A DNA stretch of 64,000 nucleotides from the NCBI GenBank assembly GCA_965287045.1, contig OZ336877.1:88474001-88538000 (forward strand). The letters run 5' to 3'. Below are positions 50,548 to 63,348 of this stretch, piece after piece (position 1 is the stretch's first letter; every line of letters starts with the position of its first letter). Below the pieces are notes generated by a model. It ran no database searches, was not told the DNA's origin, and was given only the letters and a program-made list of their open reading frames with translations. The translations under genes and the position numbers were made by a program. This stretch comes from Carcharhinus amblyrhynchos. Lineage: Eukaryota.

Positions 50548-51637
50548 TGAAGATTGAAACCTTCCCAGTCGTCATCCTCATTAGTGTTGCATATATTTAA
50601 TTTTTGTGTTTAAGTAATGTCGCATTTTACAGATGGACTTTTAAAATGGAACTTTGAAAAACATATAAATAACATTGTTTTTTTTAAGTTATTTTTTACA
50701 AATTAGTCTGGAGTGAAAAGAGGGAAAATCTTGCTTTTTGGAATCACCCTCATGTTGTTCAGAATGGAGGTCTAAAACAAAATCTCGCATCAGATTGAAA
50801 TAAGTGGATCCGTATCTATTAATTCAGCTAGAGAACAGTATTGTATTTACTTCTTTGGATACAGAACAGACCTACTAAGCTATACATGGTCTTCAAAAAA
50901 AACCACAGCACTCTAGGCAGAGCTTAAGCATGCGTGGTCATTGTGTGCACTTAGTCTACATGCCTAAGCTCTGCCCAAAGTTTAGCAACTTTTATGTCAG
51001 CTGTAAACTTTTTTTTATGAAGTGTTACAGAAGTGGGTAATGTACTTCATTCACTGTTTTTGGTTTCAGACACCTGAAAAACAGCTCCTTTGCATTGAAT
51101 CTTTGAGGCCTTACTAAAAATTGTTATTGCAAATGACCAAGTTAATGCTGTTTTATTAAATTGCTAGTTTGGTACATTGAAAGTGGAACATCTTTTAGAA
51201 CAGCCTTGTTTAGCATCCATGCAGTGCACGTGTACAGTAAATTATCTGTTCTTTCATCTTGTACATTACGAATGAAGTGCATTTTGTATCTAATTATTAG
51301 GCACCACATATTTTTAATTTTGAGTTGCAAGAAGGAGTGATTTAACAAGGAAGAAGATTGTTCTTTTACTTGTTTTGTCTTGGAAGAACTATACTTTGAG
51401 CCTCTCGCTTCTGGTACCATGAGCCACTTTCCAAAACATCATACGAGGGGAAAAATGAGGAGGAACTGGAAGGAGGCACCTCCAGATTATCGAGGCAACG
51501 CTGGTGATGTATTTTGCTGCTCAATAATGTCCTTTTTTAGGGCATATTTCTCAGACTGGTATTAGGAAGGATACCACCATAGTCCCAAAGGTGGGAAGCA
51601 CGTGATTTGGCTTTTCCATTTTAGCACCTTTATTGAG

Positions 51638-51643
51638 AATAAA
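51638..51643 (+). terminator. candidate polyadenylation signal for DPY19L4
   Basis: AATAAA about 1.1 kb after the stop within repeat-poor AT-rich sequence; runs into a genomic A tract; actual use unknown. Confidence 0.3.
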
Positions 51644-51989
51644 AAAAAAAAAGAGGAAAATAGAGAAAGAAAACACCAAATTCATCTTTTTTTAAAACAA
51701 AAATTTCAAGTGGAAAGAGCTGTTTGTTATATGTGAAGCACTTAACTTGAGAATCTATTTTGCAATCTAGACCTCTGCTTAGTGGCTGAAATGACCTCTA
51801 TAAATGAATTTGAATACAGTCTCAAAATCCAGTTCCATGTGTGCATGGCCTGCAACACAAATCTAATCTTACCCAGAAAAGCCACAAGATGCTGAGTGTG
51901 GAGAACAGAGGAGGCGAGTCACACTGGGGCAGCAGGGAGTAATCTTTCACAGGTGGAAGAGTAGGGATGGCTTTACTCTGCAATATATA

Positions 51990-52082
51990 AAAAATAAAAT
52001 GTTAGAGATACTCAGCAGGTCTGACAGCATCAGTGGAGAGAGAAAAGCTGAATTAATATTTTGAGTCCAATATATCGACTCC
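51990..52082 (-). mobile_element. decayed 3' end of another Penelope-like family
   Basis: atactcagcaggtctgacagcatcagtggagagagaaa motif recalled from shark PLE ends; hammerhead not recoverable. Confidence 0.4.
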
Positions 52083-52559
52083 GTTTGGCGGTTCTATGCC
52101 TTGCCCGCGAATACTTGATGCTATCACCAACTGTCTCAAGTAGAAAGTGTTCCAATCCTAAGCACAGCATTCCTCACCTTTAATGAGCTGGAAAAGAAAC
52201 TGAGGTTATCCTTCTGATTTTGTGCTTTTCTAAATGATATTCGAGAACTGCAAATTGGTGTCTCGTTAGGTGTGGGAAATAGTAGGGAAATGAAAGCACA
52301 GAATCCACTTAAAATGCTTTGTAAAAAGATGCCTGGGTATTGAAGAGTTTAGAAAATGTCTTTTACAAGTTGTATTACATTTGTTAGATTGTAAAATACA
52401 TTTTTATTTCAATTGGCGTGTTTGTCAGAGAGCATTCTACATGGTGTGGATTAAAATAAATGAATATAGTGATGAGGCATTTAAGAGGGAATTGACTGTT
52501 GAAAGTGAGAAAGTTAATCCTGATACATTGAAAAAGTAGTAAGGTGAAGGGGATAGTTT

Positions 52560-53420
52560 CTGCGGTGGGGTAGGCTAATTGTCCCCTCAAGCCTGTTGTG
52601 CCATTCAATTACAAATAGATCATGGTTTCGTTTGACCCACTTACTTATCAATCATCCTGAAAATTTGGCTTGACCCAACATCCATAGTATTTTGAAAATG
52701 GAGTTCTGATATTCACACCATCTTTTGGTGGTGGTGGTGGGAGAGAATGCAGAGAGTGTTTCATGATTTTGCTCCTAAATAGTGAGCAAATTAGAGATTA
52801 TGTCCACTTGTTCTGGATTCTCATACCAGAGGAAATCTGCCTTTGTACATCTTTAATGCTTAAGTATCTCAATCAGATCACCTGTTCAACCTTTTAAATT
52901 CAATGAAATCCAAACGTACTTTACGCAACCTTGCTTCACAATTTAACCCTTTTTAATCTCTGGTATAATTCTGCTGAATCTCCAGTGTACCCTCTCCAAG
53001 ACCAGTTTATCTTTTCTGAGGTGCAATGCCCAAAACTGAATGCAGTTCTCCAAATGGAGTCTGCCCAAATCTCTGCACAACTGAAGCATCACTTCCTTAC
53101 CTTTGTATCTCTTTAAGACAAAATAACATTCCATTAACCTTTTTGAGGTTTTTTATCTGTGCACTATCTATGAATGATTTGTGTATGTGAATAGTTCAAT
53201 CTATTTGTTTCTCCATAGCTCTAAGACTCTCTCAACTTTGAAAATATCCCAAATTACCTTTCATTACTGAATAACCTCATACTTCACTGCAGTTTAGCCC
53301 ACTCTTTTAGTCTTTGTAACTTCCTACTCCCATCTATACAGCTGTACCTCCAGCTTAGCGTTATGTGCAAACTTTAGATATATAACTCCTTCATCTAATA
53401 CATTAATTTCTATGATGAAA
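52560..53420 (-). mobile_element. old CR1 fragment
   Basis: minus ORF EVMLQLCRDLGRLHLENCIQFWALHLRKD..LERVHWRFSRIIP. Confidence 0.75.
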
Positions 53421-53499
53421 AACTAAGACTCCCAATATGTTTTATTTTCTATGAAATGTGGGTGTTGCTGGCTGGGACAATATTTATTGCCCTTGAGGT

Positions 53500-55060
53500 T
53501 TTTTTCCTGGCCTCTCACTCATTCAGACTGAAATGACAGTCATGACAATGTTTAGTCAAAGTCTACATTTTCTGAAGTAAGTTTCTAGGGACCAAAGAGC
53601 TTTAGCGAATGTTTCCTCAATGTCACAAAGTTCTTTAGCCTGGAAAGCCTTGGCCAAGCCGTCAGCAAATGTGAAGAGCCGTATTCTTTTCCTGTTTTTC
53701 AGGAATTCTGGGTAAATCCCATCAACTCTTGCTGCTTTGTCTGACTTGTTTGCCATCAGAGTGTTCTTCACTTCCGCTTATGTGTAAAACGGCAAGAAAC
53801 AGGTGTTTAAAAAAAAAACTCCAATTCAGCATTGTCCACTTTCTCTTTTGTGTAAAGAGTTGAAAAGTCTGTCTGCTCTGGGGCACTCTTGAGAGATTGC
53901 ATCAGGGCTGTTTTTACTGCTCACTTATCTTCCCTGCTGGTCAGTAACTTTAAGTTTACTAGGAATTGTGAAGCAACAGCATTAGTGTTGGTTCAGGGTC
54001 ACTGATGTGGGAGCTGTTTAGGAGCTCCTAGGTGGCATAGGAATTTCCATTTGGCTTGCACAAAGTCAGCCTTTTACACTGTTTCCTGCCCACTTATGAA
54101 GCATCCTTCAGGAAGGGACTGGAGGAATGGTGTTCCTCAATTGGGGTCTTCACTTTTCCTGCATTCTTTCAGGAATCATTCACTTTACGAATTCCAGTAG
54201 GGGCTGGAAGTTTTTCTGAAGGCCCTACTGAACAAATTTAGTGGCTGCCAATTTGAGAAGTCAAGTGAAGGGGTTTTTGTTTTGTGGGTGGATGGGATAA
54301 GGGGGTTGAGTGGGTGGGATCCAGTTAACACTGGTTTTTAAGTATCTGCCGTAGGCATCCGTGTTGCCCTTCCACAGGTTCCAGCTTGGGTTTGGCTTAG
54401 TCAATGGTTAATAGTTGAAGGCTGATTACCCAAACCTTGCAGCAATGTTGGGCATAGGAAAAGATGGGCAGCACTTGTCTTGAGCACATTGGCATTCAGC
54501 CTTTGCCCTTCATGGGTCATGAATCAAAATCAGATGAGTGATCGTTCTTCCACTGAGCAGAATGGATATACCAGGCTGCTTTACATTGTGCACAAGCTTT
54601 CTGTTATGCACGGAAGGGGCTTTGTGTGACACTTTTTCTCCTATAGTATTGTTGAGGTATCCCCACTTCTGATGTTGGAAGTTGAAGTTGTCAATGTGGA
54701 TGGTTGGATGTGCTGGATGTGTTAGCTCACAGGCCATTTGGTGGCTTATAGACATTTGTGATGCTCAGCTTAGCTATTTGGATGGAGTAGGGAATAATCT
54801 GATTTTATCTTCGGTGAAGCTTTCCTTGTTTTGGGTGGGTTTGTCTTATTATCCCTGCTTACAGTGAGTTGGCAACCTAGAATGTGGGCCCAACAGGTGG
54901 CATGTTTGCGAGGTGGGCTTCTCGCAATGTGATCATGTCCATATTCCTGTCAGAGAGTTCTTTTACAAGTAGCTCATGTTTTGCCCATGATTGGTGTTCA
55001 ACATTGAGATAGTGTATTCTTCTTGCCTGTCCATTGTTGTCCCTGAGACACTCCATTTTT
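53500..55060 (-). mobile_element. decayed non-LTR retrotransposon, L2-group (Daphne-like), APE plus RT remnants
   Basis: HPTIHIDNFNFQHQKWGY (GDFN..H..WGY), KAARVDGIYPEFLKN, LFTFADGLA..LETYFRKCRL; large internal deletion. Confidence 0.65.
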
Positions 55061-58000
55061 CAGTGTGTATTTATTGCTTGGACCAGGAGCCTGGCAGCCA
55101 AGGATCAGTTGCCTTCTTGATAACATTAGTTTGCAGGTTTTCAAATTTTTAAATTTGCTTTAATTGAAGATCCACAAGAATGTTTCTGCCTCCTTGGAGA
55201 ATGTGATCTGGAAAAATGCAGATCCCTGTGACAAAATTACTAGTCATTTCAGACCAGTCAGAGAATACTCTCCTTACTCTCACCCTTTGTGTCCTACTCA
55301 CCATTCAGTTACTGACATGTGTCAAAGGTTACTTCCAATTCCATGCATTTTCATATTTACCAATAATCTCTTTTGGGGCTCTTTACAAAAGATTTCAAGA
55401 AGTCCATGTAGGCAATATCTGTAGATGTCCCCTTGCCCACCATGCCAGTGCCTCCTCAAAATATGCAGCTGGATTAATCAGATTTGGCATATCCTTCATA
55501 AATCCATACTCACTCCCTTGGATCAGCCTTCCCTTATCCAACTACTCAGTCACCCTGTCTTTGATAGATTTCAGTAAATTCCACACAAGTGATGTTAAAA
55601 TGATGGATCTCTAGTTGTCTGGTTTCTCCCTTCTTTAATTAATGAAGTGACTTTTGCAGTTTTGTGATCCTTGTAAAATTATAACTCCTGTATCTGCAAT
55701 TTCCTCACTTATTTTCTACAATTCCCCAGGATGGGAAGCATCGGTTCCTAGAAGTTTGCCTGTCTTGTGCTGGTCCATATTTAGGGAAAATGAAACAGCA
55801 TAATCCAGCTCAGCAAGTGTTGGATTTGGATGGGAGTGGTTGAAAAGAACAAAACAGGCATTGGGATGATTTGTGTGCTTCATGACTATATGCATTAGTT
55901 ATATATTGCTAACTCTCTTTTAGATGTTATGCCTTGCAATAGGTACATGGTTCCTGTAGGATTGTAGTTTTAGGATTTATTGTAGATAAAATCCCATTCT
56001 AATTGAAGTACATTGCTAGGGTTACAATCATTTTGACTCGAAGTATAGACCCCAGCATGAAACTTCTGTTTCCTTTTAGTACTTTATAAATGTTATATAG
56101 CACCATTGCTTTCTTTTTCCTCTCAGTATTATATTCTTTTCCTCCCCAGTGTTATATTCTTTCTGTTAGTCTGGAACTTTGAACCTTCCATGGAATGATG
56201 TAGCCTGTTATATTTTCATGACCACCATCAGTGCTTTTATTGTTTCATTTGATAGTCTTCTGTCATGTCTAGTGACCTGGGCATTAGTTGCGTTCAAATA
56301 TTATATGTCACTAGAATTCTACCCTTTCTGCTGCATACAGATACCTAACATTGTGTCCCTGCAACTGCTGAATTGTCTGAAGAGTTTAGAATTCTTTCAG
56401 AGCAATAATTCCGACACAAGTAGCATGATTTTGGTAGCAAGATGTTGATATACAATGAAACCTATATGAAATTAAGAGATCACCTATCTTACTTTATACT
56501 ATCAATGCCAATCTGACCCACTTATTCATTATACCTGAATCTCAGTGGGACCACTATCTGTAAAAACTAATTGACTATTGAAGCATTTTCACTAGTTTCT
56601 CTATCCATTTGTTATACCTATTTATTCATATTTTTATTTTTCTCTATATAAACATTCCCAAAAGTCAGCACCCTGTCTAATAGTTGTCATATTTAAGAAA
56701 AATAATTATGAATCTTTGTAATTGAAGCATCGGACACATATGAATGAAAGTCCATCTGCTACCCTGTGAAATCGTAAAAGATATTTGCAGACAATTGTTC
56801 AAATGAGCTATCAAATGCTATGACTGTTTCCTCATTCCTGTTAATCTCACATGTTGAAGGAATATTTTTGAAATTAGTTGCTCTGCTTTAATACATTTGG
56901 GTCGTGTATATCTCAGAAACTTAGACATTCAAATAAAATGTTTGCACTCAGTTTGAAGGAATAAATAGTCAAATTTTAAACTTTATAAAATCTGGACACC
57001 CACTGTTTAAAACCATACAGTATAATGCAGTGTCTGTTGTTAGATTGAAAACCTATTTCCCATGTTTAGAAGTGCTATTAGCCATAAGCCGTGCATAACT
57101 ATAAGCTATGACAGCAAGATGCATTTACAGTACTGTCTGGATGAAAGATAAAGACTTACATGAGCTTGATGTGCATCTTTCAAAGACAGTACCCTGAGTA
57201 CTTTGAATAACCTCAGTACCAATACTGAAATGATAGGTACAGTGGTGATTCCATTGCCAACTTTAGGTGCATCTGCTATATATCTTGCCACTAATGTAAT
57301 GTTTGATGTGGTGTGGGCCAGTTGGATTATTTTTGGGATTGAAGGGGACATACCAGAAAATTCACCTTTATGAGGAAATGGAATAAATTGAGAGTTCATA
57401 ACCATGTCATCTCTAAATGCTCATTGAAAAATGTCTGTGTGAAGAGAATGGCTTTTTTTAAAACAAAAGGGAAAACCAAGAACAAGGAATAGCTACTTAG
57501 CCTATTATTCTTCGGTACTTTACATTTTTTTCCACAATATCATCCACCCACATTTTAAATGCTCTTAATCTTCATTCTCCCCACCCTGTTCCCTCAACTT
57601 CTGATCTGTCACATTATCCCAAAGATTGCACTCCTTAAATTCTTACTAATATTCATTTCAGATTTTCACAATGTTCAGTTTATGAACTCTCATTTTCATT
57701 ATCTCAATTTGTATTATTAATTTAGAATTATCATCCTTATTGCTTTTCGAACCTGAAGACCTCATTATCACTTTTTTCTTTCAAAACTGTAGAACTGCAG
57801 GTTTTCCAGTCTTTCCTTTTAATGTTTTTTACATTTGGATCAGTCATTTTTCTATTCTGTCATTGTTTAATTAAACATTGCATAGTGCATAAGTCAGACC
57901 ATACTTAACTAAAGCACAACCTCCAGAAGTTAACTTGTTTCTGTTGTAGTTCAGTATTTTGTGTTTTTAAAAATGCCGTTTCCACATTATTTTGACATTT

Positions 58001-59787
58001 TCTTCTCCCTTTATTTGCTTATCTTCTGCACAAATGGAGATATGACAAACTGTGGCATTTGCACCATTTTATTTTTTGTGCTTTGTGATATCTTCAGATA
58101 ACAAAGAACATTTCAGCAATTGCGTAAGTTCACACACATCAGATAGATACCAAGTTCTACTTTTCTTCGCTTAATAAATTTTTATTTTTAGCATTGCTAC
58201 TCACTTCTGTTGAAATACTCCAAAATGTCCAGTGGAATGATCAAGCATGAATTGTTGTAATCTTCTGTTGCAAAGCTTCAGTAGCTCCGAGAGAGGAGCT
58301 ACTCAATGAATACTATTCAGAGTGTCAGCTATGTTTTTATAGTGGGAAAAAATCTTTTATTTTGTGATTTGCTGTATTTCTCTAACTTGTACTATTGCAC
58401 ATTTTGTATTATTAAAATACCAAAGGGAAATTTTAATCTTGGTACTTCATTGAATGTGTTTTCTCTTGCTAACCCTCTCTCAATTTGCACAGAGCTTGTT
58501 GAAACATTACCATTAAAATGTTGAGTGAATGAAATTACGGTGCTAAAAATAAGAAAGAAGGTTCTTCACCCTCAAGATAGCTCAGTTGGTCACCACTCCT
58601 GGTTTAATATTCTTTATCACATATAAGGAATATATATTTAATGTTGAGTACTTGGAGTGCGTACTCCATTAGTTCCAGCAAACCTGTATTGGAAAGGAAC
58701 TTCCAAGGTTCTTGCTCTTGACTGCTGTCCATTGATCTGTGTTGAAAATGTATAGATCAGAACAAGGTGAGGATTCAGCCATGGTGATCCTCATGCTTAA
58801 ATAATCTCTCAGTGCTCATTCACTAGATCTTTCATATCAAATAATTGCTTCGATATTGTAGCAAACAGTCATGACCCAGGAACAGGACTCCAGTGAGAGT
58901 TGATGTATTCAGGAGATGAAGGGTAAAGGGGAGAAAATTAAAAGATTTATTTTCTAAAATTAAGTAGTGGGTAAATATCAAACTCATATTAGTGATAAAG
59001 GCTCTCCTTGCAGTTCTTGTATCATCAACTCCAGAGACCTTTAGGATTATATTCTGTCAGCACCCCACAGGACTTGGTACTTTTTAACCACAAAATATAA
59101 TTCAAGTTACTATGTATTGCTGAATAACCCTAATGTGATGGTTCATTATCCATATGTATGTTTCTGTAGTTTTATTTTAAATGGTGTTTTGCTTTGGAAA
59201 TGTTGGATATAATCTTCACACAAGTGCTGTTGCAAATAAAAGTTACAGCAAATTAACTTTGTATTGAGATTTATTTGTGATTTCTGGAAAAAATGAAATT
59301 GTAAGATTCTCCCAAGTAATGCAATTTTTCTCAAGATATTGCTAATAAAATTTATGATTGAAAGAATCTGATAAAACATGTTAAATTTGGCAAGATGTCA
59401 TGGATGTAATCTTTTGAGATAGTTCAGCAGATAATCTAACAAGTTGATAATTAAAACCATAACTAAACATATTGCTGGATATAAGATTTGTCATTCCTGT
59501 GATCTAAAGTAATATATTGAATCTTCATGCAGGCTTAGTTGGTGTTACTTCATGCCTAGCTGTATAAGAATTTATGTGCACACATGCATTCCATAGCAAA
59601 CTGTCTTAAGGGCAAGATTTGTAACTTTATAAAAAAGTAAAAGATGAAAGAAGTAAAGGCATTTGTTTTTGTACAGATAAATTTAAGAACATCAATGTAC
59701 TGAAGTCACAATGGCTGCAGGCTCTTCATTACATTTCCAAAGCATCTGTGTTCCCATCTCCATACCAAATTCCCTTAGTCTTCTGTA

Positions 59788-60630
59788 GAGGTGTTGGTGG
59801 GCTTTCTTAACTATAGTGTCGGCATGGGAGACCAGGACAGGTTATTGGTGATCTGGACACCTAAAAACTTGAAGCTCTCAACCATTTCTACTTCATCCCA
59901 TTGATGTAGACAGGGGCTTGTCCTCCACTACGCTTCCTGAAGTTGATGATAATCTCATTCATTTTGTTGACATTGAGGGAGAGATTATTGTCGTCGCACC
60001 AGATTCTCCATCACATTCCTCTACTCTGTCTCGTTATTGTTTGAGATCTGACCACTATGGTGGTGTCATCAGCAAACTTGAAAATCGAGTTGGAGAGGAA
60101 TTTGACCACACAGTCGTAGATGTATAAGGAGCATAGTAGAAGACTGAGGACACAGCCTTGTGGGGCACCAGTGTTGAGGATGATTGTGGAGAAGGTGTTG
60201 TTGCCTATCCTTACTGATTGTGATCAGGGGGTTAGGGAAGTTCAGGATCCAGCCGCAGAGGCCCAGGCCATGAAGTTTGGAGATTAGTTTCATAGGAATA
60301 ATGGTATTGAAGGCTGAGCTGTAGTCAATAAATAGGAGTCTGACATAGGTATCGTTGTTATCTTGGTGTTCCAGGGTTGAAGGTAGGCCCAGGGAAATGG
60401 CATCTATCATGAGCCTATTGCGGCAATAGGCGTATTGTAATGGATCCAGGCAATCTGGGAGGCTGGAATTGATTTGTGCCATGACTAACCTTTTGAAGCA
60501 CTTCATAATGCTGGATGTAAGAATCACCGGACAATCGTCATTAAGGCATGCTACTTGGCTTTTCTTTGGTACTGGGAGGATGATCGTTGTCTTGAAGCAG
60601 ACAGGGACCTCAGATTGTTGTAAAGAGAGG
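59788..60630 (-). mobile_element. Rex1/Babar LINE RT fragment
   Basis: [55 protein letters not shown]. Confidence 0.88.
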
Positions 60631-60816
60631 GATATGGCCTGTGCTTTCACATGACGCCTTTCTAAACTAGAGACCTTTTGCCTCTAAGTGGTCCATATCC
60701 AGCTATTCCTTGCCCATTCATGTGTCTGTCAAGGTGCTTCTTCAACGTTGCTATTGTATCTGCTTCAACCACCTCCTCTGGCAGTGCATTCCAGGCACTT
60801 GCAACTTGCCTTTCAC

Positions 60817-61107
60817 AGCATAGTGGTTAGTACTGTTGCCTCACAGCAACAGGAACCTGGGTTTGATTCCAGGCTCGGGTGACTGAGCAGAGTCTGTATT
60901 GACCCCCTATCTGAGTGGGTTTCCTTCAGGTGCTCAGATTTCCTCCTATAGTCTGAAAGATGTGCTAGTTAGGTGCATTGGTCAAGCTAAAATTCTTCCT
61001 CCGTGTACTTGAACAGGTGCTGGAGTGTGGCGACTAGAGGATTTTCACAGTAACTTCATTGCAGTGTTAATATAAGCCTACTTGTGACACTAATGAATAA
61101 ACTTTAA
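60817..61107 (+). mobile_element. tRNA-derived SINE (AATAAA-type tail)
   Basis: head, core, gtaacttcattgcagtgttaatataagcctacttgtgacac tail. Confidence 0.88.
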
Positions 61108-61688
61108 AACCTTTTACCTTAAACATACGTCCTCTAGTAATTGACATTTTTAAAATGGGAAGAAGACTCCGAATATTCATTCTACCCATGCCTCTCATAA
61201 TTTTGTGAACTTCTTTCAGGTCACCCCTCAGCCTCAGACATTCAAGTGAAAACAAACCAAGTTTTTTTCTATCTCTCCTCAGCTAATACCTTCCAAACCA
61301 TGCAACATCCTGGTAAACCTTTTCTGTGCCCTTCCAAAGTCTCCATACCCTTCCGGTAGTGTGACAACCAGAACTGTATACAATATTCCAAATATGGCCT
61401 AACTATAGTGCTGTGCATCTGAAACATGACTTGTCAATTTTTATACTCTATGTCCTGACTGAAGGCAAATAAGCTATATGCATTCTTGATCACTGTATCC
61501 ACTTGTGTTGTTACTTTCAGAGAATTGTGGACCTGTATGCTTAGATCCCTCTGTATGTTAATGATTCTAAGGGTAGTGCCATTTACTCTATATTTCCTTC
61601 CTGCATTAGACCTTCCAAAATGATCACCATGCATTTGTCCGGATTAAGTTCCATCTACCATTTCTCCGCCCAAGTCTCCAGTTTATCT

Positions 61689-61999
61689 GGGGTGGCACAG
61701 TGGTTAGCACTGCTGCCTCACAGCGCAAGTGACGTGGATTCAATACTGGCCTCGGGTCACTGTGTGAAGTTTTGCACATTCTCTTCATGTCTGTGTGGGT
61801 TTCCTCCGTGTGCTCTGGTTTCCTCCCACACTCCAAGATACGTGGGTTAGGTTGATTGGCCATGCTAAATTGCCCATTAGTGCCAGGAGCATTAGCAAGG
61901 TAAATATGTAAGGTTAAGGGGATGGGGTCTGGGTGGGATTGTTGTTAGTGTAGGCTTGATGGGCCAAACGGCCTCCTGCGCTGTAGGAATTCTATGATT
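61689..61999 (+). mobile_element. HE1-like SINE (CR1-type tail)
   Basis: ggtggcacagtggttagcactgctgcctcacagc head; ctgtaggaattctatgatt tail. Confidence 0.9.
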
Positions 62000-62195
62000 A
62001 TATCTGTATCCTCTGGCAATCCTCACTATCTGCAGCTCTCCCATGTGTTTTTTATTTGTACAAATGTATTAAAAAGCCTCCATACACATTTGATGTTTTC
62101 ACTGCATGATTCCCAATTGCCAAATCTTTGTTTTTTTGTTTAAACAGTTGAATTGTAAACTGCTACGTTGTTTGCCATGTAAACTTGTCACAGTT

Positions 62196-63348
62196 CGTTT
62201 GATAAGGTTCACCATGGTTCACCACGGAAGCCTTCTGCAGAAATTGCAGATGTATGGGATTGAGGGTGATTTAGGAAATTGGATTAGGAATTGGCTGGCG
62301 GATAGGAGACAGAGGGTGGTGGTTGATGGTAAGTATTCGACATGGAGTTCAGTTACGAGTGGTGTGCCTCAAGGATCTGTTTTGGGGCCACTGCTGTTTG
62401 TAATTTTTATAAATGATCTGGATGAGGGTATAGCTGGGTGGATTAGTAAATTTGCTGATGACACCAAAGTTGGAGGTGTGGTTGATAGTGAGGAAGGGTG
62501 TCTTAGTCTACAGGGAGACTTGGACAAGTTGCAGAGCTGGGCCGAGAGGTGGAGGATGGAGTTTAATGCGGAAAAGTGTGAGGTAATTCACTTTGGCAGG
62601 AATAACGGATGTGTAGAGTATAGGGCTAACGGTAGGACTCTGAATAGTGTGGATGAACAGAGGGATCTAGGTGTATGTGTACATAGATCCCTGAAAGTTG
62701 GGAATCAAGATAGGGTTGTTAGGAAGGCATACGGTGTCTTGGCGTTTATTGGTAGGGGGATTGAGTTTAGGAGCCGCAGCGTCATGTTGCAACTGTACAA
62801 AACTCTGGTGCGTCCGCACTTGGAGTAGTGTGTGCAGTTCTGGTCCCCACATTACAGGAAGGATGTGGAGGCTTTGGAGAGGGTGCAGAGGAGGTTTACC
62901 AGGATGTTGCCTGGTATGGAGGGGAGGTCCTATGAGGAGAGACTGAGGGATTTGGGGTTGTTTTCGTTAGAAAGAAGGCGGCTGCGAGGGGACCTTATTG
63001 AAACATATAAGATGTTTAGAGGTTTGGATAGGGTGGACAGTGATAGCCTTTTTCCTCAGATGGAGAAAGCTAGCACGAGGGGGCATAGCTTTAAATTAAG
63101 GGGTGGTAGTTATAGGACGGATGTCAGGGGTAGGTTCTTTACCCAGAGGGTAGTGAGGGATTGGAATGCCCTGCCTGCTGCAGTTGTAAATGCGCCTAGT
63201 TTGGGGGCGTTTAAGAGATCCGTGGATAGGTTTATGGATGGAAAGGGTTTGGTTTAGGTTAGAGGGTCATTGTTTTTTAACTGGTCGGCGCAACATCGTG
63301 GGCCGAAGGGCCTGTTCTGCGCTGTAATATTCTATGTTCTATGTTCTA
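62196..63348 (+). mobile_element. relatively young 5'-truncated CR1 LINE (RT C-terminal half and 3'UTR)
   Basis: SGVPQGSVLGPLLFVIFINDL..KFADDTK..; in-frame stop at 62826-62828; tail ttctatgttctatgttcta. Confidence 0.95.

Larger units (their letters stand above)
60665..62040 (-). mobile_element. CR1 3' fragment interrupted by two SINEs
   Basis: FSLECLRLRGDLKEVHKIMRG; HFGRSNAGRKYRVNG..QRDLSIQVHNSLKV. Confidence 0.85.

Noticed and set aside
62106-63257. Functional reverse transcriptase gene
   Set aside because: 5'-truncated CR1 with an in-frame stop and no endonuclease or promoter
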